The notes beneath the pieces were generated by a model. That model did no database searches and had not been told where the DNA came from. It worked only from the letters and a program-made list of their open reading frames with translations. Shown here in pieces: positions 57,287 to 64,000 of a stretch of 64,000 nucleotides of DNA. Position 1 is the stretch's first letter. The number at the start of each line of letters is the position of its first letter. A program made the translations under genes and the position numbers. Location of the stretch: NCBI GenBank assembly GCA_964404255.1, contig CAYOJJ010000001.1, positions 243,639-307,638 on the forward strand, in the 5' to 3' direction. The stretch is from an uncultured Alphaproteobacteria bacterium (lineage in GTDB: Bacteria; Bacteroidota; Ignavibacteria; Palsa-1295).

Positions 57287-58099
57287 ATGAAGCTTCGTTA
57301 CTTATTTGTTCTGGTGTTCCTATTATGCTCCTCGGCTCCCCTATGGGCAATCACTACCGCTATCGATACCGTCTGGATCGATACCGTAAAATTTAAATAT
57401 CCGGATAAGCTGCCATTTCCAACCGATATGTACGGTAAGGCGGATAATCATTTCGTGCAATTGGACGGACAGAAATATAACAGCCCCTATTTCGATATAG
57501 ATTTTCGCCGGGCCGACGGCTCTTACCTGCCGATAAAAGCTAATTCCACGGTCATTATTTGGGCTAAGAAAGACCTGAATGTAGATACTTCCGGGGCGCA
57601 GATCACATTCAATAAATTCGATCTTGGCGGTACGCTCGTTTCGACCGATGCTATTATTCTTAACGATGGCATCAATGTAATAACCGTACCAGCAGAGGAT
57701 TATGAATATATCGAACTTTCCCTGACCGTTAATCCCAACGTGGGTACCGTTGGAAAAAGTTATTTCTTCGATGCTATTGCTATAGTCGAAGATACCTCGC
57801 GCCCGAGCTCCAGTGTTCCACGTACGGGATCAGCGCTATCGAATAGCGGCCTTCGCTCAAATTATCCGAATCCGTTTGAAGCAATGACTACGGTAAATTA
57901 TACTATCGAACAAGGTGGTAGTATCGAGCTTGCTGTTGTCGATCTTACCGGTACCGAGCATACCCGAATCAGCCTCGGGTATCAAAACGAAGGAGCCCAT
58001 GAAGCCGAACTGCATTTTAGCGATCATGGAATGTACTTTGCCCGTCTCTATAAAGATGGTGTACCGTATGGAAATGTACTAAAGATCGTTTCCAAGTAA
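57287..58099 (+). CDS. Secreted protein with T9SS C-terminal sorting domain
   Basis: Signal peptide MKLRYLFVLVFLLCSSAPLWA. C-terminal 'NYPNPFEAMTTVNYTIEQGGSIELAVVDLTGTE...YFARL...K' is a T9SS CTD. Confidence 0.75.
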   Translation: MKLRYLFVLVFLLCSSAPLWAITTAIDTVWIDTVKFKYPDKLPFPTDMYGKADNHFVQLDGQKYNSPYFDIDFRRADGSYLPIKANSTVIIWAKKDLNVDTSGAQITFNKFDLGGTLVSTDAIILNDGINVITVPAEDYEYIELSLTVNPNVGTVGKSYFFDAIAIVEDTSRPSSSVPRTGSALSNSGLRSNYPNPFEAMTTVNYTIEQGGSIELAVVDLTGTEHTRISLGYQNEGAHEAELHFSDHGMYFARLYKDGVPYGNVLKIVSK

Positions 58100-58120
58100 A
58101 AGGATTGTTCGTAAAAAAGA

Positions 58121-58161
58121 AGTCGCAAGTTCACTCCTAAAGAGCTTGCGACTTTTTTTAT
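58121..58161 (+). terminator. Rho-independent terminator
   Basis: 'AGTCGCAAGttcactcctaaagagCTTGCGACTttttttta'. Confidence 0.75.
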
Positions 58162-58167
58162 CCCTTT

Positions 58168-59601
58168 ATGAGTACTGCTCTCGTCTGGCTCAGAAGAAAC
58201 CTGCGAGTAACGGATAACCGGGTACTTGCAACGGCTATTGGCACTCATGATGAAGTTATCCCTGCCTATATTTGGGATACCTACCGCCCGCTTAATCGCT
58301 GCCCGAACCGGCTTGGTTTTATCGTTGAATCGGTTGCCGATCTTAGCGAGAGTGTTGCTATTGCCGGTTCGAAGCTCATTGTTCGCCGCGGACGAGTGCA
58401 GGAAGAGCTTGCAGTCCTTGCAAAAGAATGTACTGCTTCGACCGTCTATGCCGATACAAATTACGAGCCATACGAACTTGAGCGCGATGAAGCTTGTGCG
58501 AAAGCGCTCTCAGCTATTGGCATCGAACTCCGGTATATAAAAGATACCGTACTTTTTGAATCAACGGAAGTAAGAACAAAAGAAGGCAGGCCCTATACTG
58601 TCTTTACTCCCTTTAAGCGGACGCTACTCGATCGATTAGATTCTGCTTCGGAGGAAGCGATAGTACCAAGGAATCTCAAAGCCCCGGAGAATATCAGGAG
58701 TTATTCTTCGCATACACCACCCGATCTTACAGCGCTCGATCAGAGTAACGTATCGCTAAGCAGATCGCAATTAGGAGGTTCGACAAGGGCGCAAGAGCGA
58801 TGGGAAATGTTTAAGAAGGGGGGCCTAAAGAACTACCGTAACGATCGTGACCGCCTTGACCTCGATGGCACTTCTATGCTTTCGCCGCATATTAAATTTG
58901 GTACGATCTCGGTCCGGCAGTTAGCCCGCGAAGCGCTTGCTCTTTCAAAAAAAGCGGAATACAAAGAAGGAGCAGAAACCTATATCAGCGAATTGCTCTG
59001 GCGCGAATTCTATTATTCCATTCTTACAGAATTTCCTTACGTTGCAACTTCAGCGTTTCAGAAAAAGTACGATGGTCTTAAATGGCAGAAAAATGAAGCA
59101 TATCTTGAAGCATGGAAAGCAGGCAAGACGGGCTTCCCGATCGTCGATGCCGGTATGCGGCAATTACTCGAGACCGGGTGGATGCATAATCGCGCACGGA
59201 TGATCGTCGCTTCCTTTCTGACCAAAGACTTATTAATTAATTGGCAGGAAGGTGAGCTGCACTTTATGTGGTACCTGACCGATGGTGATATTGCCCAGAA
59301 CAATGGCGGCTGGCAGTGGTCGGCTTCTATCGGTACGGATGCCCAACCCTATTACCGGATCTTCAACCCTTATTTACAATCGAGGAAATTTGATCCTAAT
59401 GGAGAATACATCCGCCGATACGTACCGGAGCTTCGTTCGCTGCCGAATTCTCTTATTCATGAGCCGCATTTGATGACAGAATTCGATCAGGCCGAATACC
59501 AGTGCCGCCTTGGTGAAAATTATCCCTATCCTATTGTCGATCATTCCAAGCAACGCGATAAAGCAAAAGCGATGTTTGAAGCCCTGAAAGAACGAGTATG
59601 A
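58168..59601 (+). CDS. phr: Deoxyribodipyrimidine photolyase (CPD photolyase/cryptochrome family)
   Basis: 'LVWLRRNLRVTDN' at the N-terminus. FAD-binding 'GWMHNRARMIVASFLTKDL' and 'GGWQWSAS'. Confidence 0.85.
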   Translation: MSTALVWLRRNLRVTDNRVLATAIGTHDEVIPAYIWDTYRPLNRCPNRLGFIVESVADLSESVAIAGSKLIVRRGRVQEELAVLAKECTASTVYADTNYEPYELERDEACAKALSAIGIELRYIKDTVLFESTEVRTKEGRPYTVFTPFKRTLLDRLDSASEEAIVPRNLKAPENIRSYSSHTPPDLTALDQSNVSLSRSQLGGSTRAQERWEMFKKGGLKNYRNDRDRLDLDGTSMLSPHIKFGTISVRQLAREALALSKKAEYKEGAETYISELLWREFYYSILTEFPYVATSAFQKKYDGLKWQKNEAYLEAWKAGKTGFPIVDAGMRQLLETGWMHNRARMIVASFLTKDLLINWQEGELHFMWYLTDGDIAQNNGGWQWSASIGTDAQPYYRIFNPYLQSRKFDPNGEYIRRYVPELRSLPNSLIHEPHLMTEFDQAEYQCRLGENYPYPIVDHSKQRDKAKAMFEALKERV

Positions 59602-59816
59602 CATTCCGACAACTCATCCCGAGACTGGCGCTTATCCTGGTATTTCTGGCCGGGGCGGCCTTTACCTATATCGAGAGCACCTATATGCGCGATCATGCCG
59701 CTTCGCTCGGGCAAAAAGGAGATAGTGTAACCTTTTGGATGTGGTTCTACCGGATCCTGGCCATGGTTTTTTTCTTTGCCGCCTCGTTTTTTGCCGGCTC
59801 CATCTTCAGGAGATGA
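59598..59816 (+). CDS. Small 2-TM membrane protein
   Basis: 72 aa. Its ATGA overlaps the photolyase stop. Confidence 0.4.
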   Translation: MTFRQLIPRLALILVFLAGAAFTYIESTYMRDHAASLGQKGDSVTFWMWFYRILAMVFFFAASFFAGSIFRR

Positions 59817-59872
59817 AAACTTATAGCCCGATTTTGCGGTTTAGAAAGCCTACTTAGTATTAGAAACGACTT

Positions 59873-59974
59873 ATGGTAATCTTCTTCTTATTTATGCTCG
59901 CCGGAATGGTAGGTATCACTTATATCTGCTACAAGGACGTTCTCGCCGATAAGAAAAAAGCAGCAAAATAAGGC
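59873..59974 (+). CDS. Possible 33-aa single-TM micro-protein (MVIFFLFMLAGMVGITYICYKDVLADKKKAAK)
   Basis: ATG-initiated ORF below the track cutoff. Hydrophobic core plus a basic tail. Confidence 0.25.
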
Positions 59975-59977
59975 TTT

Positions 59978-60358
59978 TTATACCGGGATAAGTCCCAGGC
60001 AGCCGCATACTATTGCTATTGCAACGGCTCGCTTAACGATTGTATTGCGTTTTTGGCGGTCCAACTTTTTATATAACTCATCGACTACCGGCAGTCTTTT
60101 CAAGTTTATTTCCTGAGTACCCGCGGTTGCATTTGCGACACAAAAATGCTCTTTTACCTGCATAATATTTAGTGCCGTGGCATACCCAAAGAGGAAACCG
60201 ATAATAAATCGTATCGGCATCGAAAACCCGGCATAGTACGAAAGCCCAAGTGCTATAATCCCACCAATGCCGGCAATGTAAGCAAGCACCCGACGGTAGG
60301 ATACCCCTTTCGCATCGATATTACACTCGCCTGGTTTATAGATAAATGCTTCGTTCAT
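59978..60358 (-). CDS. Small integral membrane protein, unknown function
   Basis: 126 aa with about 3 TMs. The start overlaps the namZ stop. Confidence 0.45.
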   Translation of the reverse strand: MNEAFIYKPGECNIDAKGVSYRRVLAYIAGIGGIIALGLSYYAGFSMPIRFIIGFLFGYATALNIMQVKEHFCVANATAGTQEINLKRLPVVDELYKKLDRQKRNTIVKRAVAIAIVCGCLGLIPV

Positions 60359-61602
60359 TAATATAGCAAATACTTCTTTCGCTTAGTACGGAAAGCGGCA
60401 ACTTGCGGTTTCCAGTTATTGATGAGCGCTGTAACTTCATCCCCGCTGCTATGGATCGAAACATGAGTAAAGAGCTTCAATACATCATCGCAGCCCGTTA
60501 CTTTTTCGAACATTCGTTTTGAAGAAAAGGCTACGGCATCGAAGGCTTTTTTAAACGCAGTATCGCTTAGGAGTGAATAAAAGATCTTGAACTGGCAGCT
60601 ATAAAGATCGGGTATATTCAGTATATCCTTGGGCAAAATTATTTTCACACCATTATAGGTTTTTAGCGAATCTGCATAAGGGATGGTAAATGATTCTGTA
60701 ATAAGCGAGAAGCCATTGAACGAGATCGTTGCTTCGGAAAGCAGCCGATCGCTTGTGACAAGCCGCGACCCCAACCGCAGAAATGGTAAATCAGAACCAA
60801 CACCGACCGAAAGCGTGCCAAGCTCACCGATCGCTCCACACATAGCACATCCCACAGCACTTTCGAAGGTAGGGATGTTCGGGCTGGGGGCGACCCATTT
60901 CAAACCGGTTTCCGGCCAAAGCGTATAACGACCCCATTTCTGCATTGTAATTACCGATAGTTTTAATTTATTGGCAGCATTGAACCAGCGCTCGCCTTTT
61001 GCCATCTTAGCCAGTTCACCAAGTGTCATGCCATGAATATATGGTATCGGGACTTGGCCAACGAACGAGCGAAGGGTCGTATCGAGCACATTCCCTTCAA
61101 TGCGTGTACCTCCCAAGGGATTAGGCCGATCGAGTACGATGAATTCAACCTTCTGCTCTGCTGCTGCCTCCATTGCAAGGATCATCGTGGAAAGATAGGT
61201 ATAGGCTCGCACACCAATATCCTGAAGATCGAAAACCACGGCGGTTACACCTTTGAGCATTTTCTTCGTTGGCTTGCGGGTAGAGCCATAAAGCGAATAA
61301 ACCGGGATGCCATTGTACTTCTCTATTTTATCGCTTTCAACTCCGGCCTTGCGAGTACCGTTTAAGCCATGTTCAGGCGTTAATAACGCAACCAGCGTAC
61401 AGCCTTTTTGCTTAAGCAGTACATCGGCGGCAAACTTGCCATCGGAGGAAACAGAAGTCTGGTTACAAATCAGGGCGATCTTCTTCCCTTTAAGCAAAGA
61501 AGCATCGCCTGAAACTACATCGAGACCGGTACGCACCGAAGCAAATAGCGGCACCGATACCAACAGCATTATAAATAAAAAAAAGCTACGCATGGGGTTC
61601 AC
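60358..61602 (-). CDS. namZ: Exo-beta-N-acetylmuramidase NamZ (DUF1343)
   Basis: Signal peptide. 'ALLTPEHGLNG', 'DLQDIGVRAYTY' and 'VLDRPNPLGG' are DUF1343 signatures. Confidence 0.8.
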   Translation of the reverse strand: MNPMRSFFLFIMLLVSVPLFASVRTGLDVVSGDASLLKGKKIALICNQTSVSSDGKFAADVLLKQKGCTLVALLTPEHGLNGTRKAGVESDKIEKYNGIPVYSLYGSTRKPTKKMLKGVTAVVFDLQDIGVRAYTYLSTMILAMEAAAEQKVEFIVLDRPNPLGGTRIEGNVLDTTLRSFVGQVPIPYIHGMTLGELAKMAKGERWFNAANKLKLSVITMQKWGRYTLWPETGLKWVAPSPNIPTFESAVGCAMCGAIGELGTLSVGVGSDLPFLRLGSRLVTSDRLLSEATISFNGFSLITESFTIPYADSLKTYNGVKIILPKDILNIPDLYSCQFKIFYSLLSDTAFKKAFDAVAFSSKRMFEKVTGCDDVLKLFTHVSIHSSGDEVTALINNWKPQVAAFRTKRKKYLLY

Positions 61603-61664
61603 AAGCTTCGTGTAACAATAGATAATTCATAGCGTTCTATTAGTAGCGAATTTTTATCATCCCA

Positions 61665-62339
61665 ATGACCAAACATATCGTAGCCTTCGGCGGCGGAGCA
61701 TTTTACCAGAACAATGAGCTATCGGTACTCGATAAGTATTTGCTCAAACTCACGAAAAAGAAAAAACCAAATGTTTCGCTGATACCTACTGCCAGTGGCG
61801 ATGCGCTTAGCATTATCCAACGCTTTTATGGCGCTTATACAAAAGAGGTCTGTAAACCAACACACCTGAGTTTATTCCGCCGGGAAATTACCAATCTCGA
61901 AAAGTATATTCTTTCCCAGGATCTTATTTTTGTCAGCGGAGGAAATACGGTAAATATGCTGGCCCTTTGGCGGCAATGGGATCTTGACATACTACTCTAC
62001 AAAGCCTGGCAGAAGGGTATTGTCCTTGCCGGTTCGAGCGCCGGGGCGATTTGCTGGTTCGAAAGCGGGACTACTGATTCCTACGGACCGATACTAAAAC
62101 CTATGCAGGGAGCGCTTGGCTTTTTGAAAGGCTCGTTCACCCCCCACGTCTCCTCAGAAAAAACGAGACTCGGCATTTGCAAGGCATCCATTAAATCAGG
62201 TGCAATAGATGAAGGATATGCTGTTGACGATCATGTTGCCTTACATTTTAGAAATGAGAAGCTATATAAAGTATTACGTGCTAATCCCAAAGGCAAAGCA
62301 CGTTATGTTACAAAATCGAAAGTACAGTTATTAAAGTAG
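61665..62339 (+). CDS. S51-family peptidase (PepE/cyanophycinase-like, class I glutamine amidotransferase-like fold)
   Basis: 'VAFGGGAF' and 'AGSSAGAICWFE' (catalytic Ser). Confidence 0.7.
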   Translation: MTKHIVAFGGGAFYQNNELSVLDKYLLKLTKKKKPNVSLIPTASGDALSIIQRFYGAYTKEVCKPTHLSLFRREITNLEKYILSQDLIFVSGGNTVNMLALWRQWDLDILLYKAWQKGIVLAGSSAGAICWFESGTTDSYGPILKPMQGALGFLKGSFTPHVSSEKTRLGICKASIKSGAIDEGYAVDDHVALHFRNEKLYKVLRANPKGKARYVTKSKVQLLK

Positions 62340-62341
62340 AA

Positions 62342-63877
62342 TTACACGATCCGCTTTCTCATGCGGGCGACAGGGATATTCATCTGCTCGCGGTATTTAG
62401 CTACGGTACGACGGGCCAGATCGTAGCCGGCATTTTTAAGCATCTCAGCCAGCTCGTCATCAGTAAGCGGCTTCATTGGGTTCTCGTCGGAGATCAATTC
62501 TTTTATTCTTGCCTTGACTACTTTATTCGAGACCAGTTCGGCATTCTCTCCACCTTCATCGCCGCCTTCGAGCGGGATGGCTTCGCTGAAGAAATATTTC
62601 AACTCATAGACGCCATAATCGCATTGGCAGTATTTACCGTTAACGACACGGCAGATTGTCGAGATATCCATGGAGATATCATCGGCAATATTCTTGTAGA
62701 TCATCGGCTTCAGGAATTTCTCTCCATTGAGGAAGAATTCTTTTTGGCGGGCAACAATAGCCTGCATTACATTTAATAACGTCTTTCGGCGTTGATAATA
62801 AGCAAGGACAAAAGCCTTAGCCGCTTCGAACTTCTTATTAATAAAATCGCGGGCATCGTCGGAGAGCGGGCGGGGATTTACTACCCCTTTACTTTTCTTC
62901 GTAAGCTCTTTATAAGAGGAATTGATCCTGATCGAAGGCACCCCGCGTTCGTTGAGCGTAATGACAAACTCTTTACCTTCAGGAGTTTTTTCGATATAAA
63001 AATCCGGAGTGATATAGCGGCGGGTTTCGCTTGCTGTTCCCGAAGGAGCGCCGGGCTTTGGGTTCATGCGCTGGATAAGATCGAGGGCCGGCTTGAGGTC
63101 CGGCAATTTCAGCTTCAGCTTCTTAGCCAGTACCTGGTAATTCTTTTTAATAAAAAGCTCGAAATGCTCGCGAATGATCTCGAGCGCCATCTTATGGGCT
63201 TCGTTGTGATCACTATGGGCTTCAAGCTGTACAAGCAAGCATTCCTGCAGTGTGCGCGATGCAATGCCGATAGGGTCGAGGCGCTGAATACGCTTTAGCA
63301 AGCGCTCCGGCTCAAGCGCTGCATAATCTTCACCGTAATAGATCGAAGTATCCTGGACGATCTGCTCCAGCGGTACGCGTAAATACCCATCTTCATCGAG
63401 CGAACCGACGATCTCTTCGGCCAGTACTTTTAAGCGAGGGCTGAGATTGAGCAGGGAAAGCTGGGAGATCAGCGCTTCGGTAAGCGTCTCTTCGGCGACC
63501 TGGCCACGGTCTTCGCGCTCTTCATCCTCACTATAGTTATTCGAACGAGGAGCCTTATACCCTTCAAGCTCATCGTTCATAAAATCTTCTAAGGTATAAT
63601 CGTTATCGCGCTCAGGAGCTTCGGTCTCTTGTTGGTCGCGGGTGACGGGAGATTCTTCGGAAGGAGTGGAGGCGATAATACTCGTTTCAATGGAGGTATT
63701 GAGCGTATCTTCCGGAAGCTGATCTTCCGGCATTTCTTCGAGCATCGGATTTTCTTCGAGCTCTTCTTTTATACGCTCTTCAAGCTGGGCGGCGGGAAGT
63801 TGAAGCAATTTGAGATACTGCACCTGCACGGGGGTGAGGCGCTGATGTAACCCAAGCCGTTGCTTCAGTTGAAGCAT
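62342..63877 (-). CDS. rpoN: RNA polymerase sigma-54 factor
   Basis: N-terminal Gln/Leu-rich activator-interaction region 'MLQLKQRLGLHQRLTPVQVQYLKLLQLP'. C-terminal RpoN box 'ARRTVAKYREQMNIPVARMRK'. Confidence 0.9.
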   Translation of the reverse strand: MLQLKQRLGLHQRLTPVQVQYLKLLQLPAAQLEERIKEELEENPMLEEMPEDQLPEDTLNTSIETSIIASTPSEESPVTRDQQETEAPERDNDYTLEDFMNDELEGYKAPRSNNYSEDEEREDRGQVAEETLTEALISQLSLLNLSPRLKVLAEEIVGSLDEDGYLRVPLEQIVQDTSIYYGEDYAALEPERLLKRIQRLDPIGIASRTLQECLLVQLEAHSDHNEAHKMALEIIREHFELFIKKNYQVLAKKLKLKLPDLKPALDLIQRMNPKPGAPSGTASETRRYITPDFYIEKTPEGKEFVITLNERGVPSIRINSSYKELTKKSKGVVNPRPLSDDARDFINKKFEAAKAFVLAYYQRRKTLLNVMQAIVARQKEFFLNGEKFLKPMIYKNIADDISMDISTICRVVNGKYCQCDYGVYELKYFFSEAIPLEGGDEGGENAELVSNKVVKARIKELISDENPMKPLTDDELAEMLKNAGYDLARRTVAKYREQMNIPVARMRKRIV

Positions 63878-64000
63878 TTACTATACTATTCCTCCCTAAC
63901 CAATGTAACAAAAATCATACCATAAGCAGATTGCTTATGGAGTAAAAAAATTCCGCGATATCAAAGGATCGCGGAATTCAACACAACATCAAAGAGAATC

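Noticed and set aside
62792-63298. 168-aa plus-strand ORF within rpoN
   Set aside because: It is antisense to rpoN, which has a canonical RpoN box and N-terminus.
1-64000. CRISPR arrays, tRNA/rRNA genes, transposases, integrases, phage structural modules
   Set aside because: No short regularly spaced direct repeats were seen. No intergenic segment had tRNA-like acceptor/T-arm features. No ORF translation showed DDE, tyrosine or serine recombinase or capsid/terminase motifs.

Overview
This 64 kb window is a gene-dense chromosomal segment, roughly 52% GC. It probably comes from an FCB-group bacterium (Bacteroidota- or Ignavibacteriota-like). Three proteins carry T9SS C-terminal sorting domains, and rpoN, bamA, a fused E1 alpha/beta 2-oxoacid dehydrogenase and a KirBac-type channel are present. 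I call about 60 CDSs, mostly housekeeping, and see no rRNA, tRNA, CRISPR array, transposase, integrase or phage structural module.

Main landmarks:
- An eight-gene phosphate module on the minus strand: OprO/P-like porin, pstS, pstC, pstA, pstB, phoU, a DUF47 protein and pit.
- An envelope cluster of phosphohexomutase, uppS and bamA.
- The origin-proximal-type trio yidC, mnmE and mnmG.
- The MurNAc recycling genes murQ and namZ.
- An ECF sigma / anti-sigma-like pair.
- rpoN, a photolyase, uppP, and an HdrE/HdrD-like membrane Fe-S oxidoreductase.

Features the standard gene calls do not explain:
- A paralogous family of GT-C-like polytopic membrane proteins: 1-775 (partial), 775-2679 and 29355-30905, plus a distinct PMT/ArnT-like one at 5720-7267. 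They share a DD..GNG.VYN.GE.VEG N-terminal motif and a conserved soluble C-terminal domain, and sit next to a phosphohexomutase and uppS.
- A low-GC islet of about 1.25 kb encoding a cysteine-rich secreted protein followed by a small T9SS cargo protein.
- A KirBac-like K+ channel co-operonic with a cytoplasmic MsrB, flanked by a second lipoprotein MsrB and ElbB.
- A pstC with a periplasmic insertion of about 230 aa that is lysine-rich and contains internal repeats.
- A 744-aa secreted protein with a long coiled coil.
- A putative operon of the HdrDE-like protein, a minimal kinase-like protein, a DUF1801 protein and a small exported protein.
- A lipoprotein gene interrupted by an in-frame amber codon within an AT-rich 600-bp gap between yidC and mnmE.
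- Perfect 14-bp palindromes with the core TTCCACGTGGAA, found only twice in the window, immediately 5' and 3' of mnmG.
- A 17-bp palindrome upstream of mnmE.

No canonical defence or mobile system is visible. Product calls rest on motifs recognised by eye in the supplied translations; no search was run.
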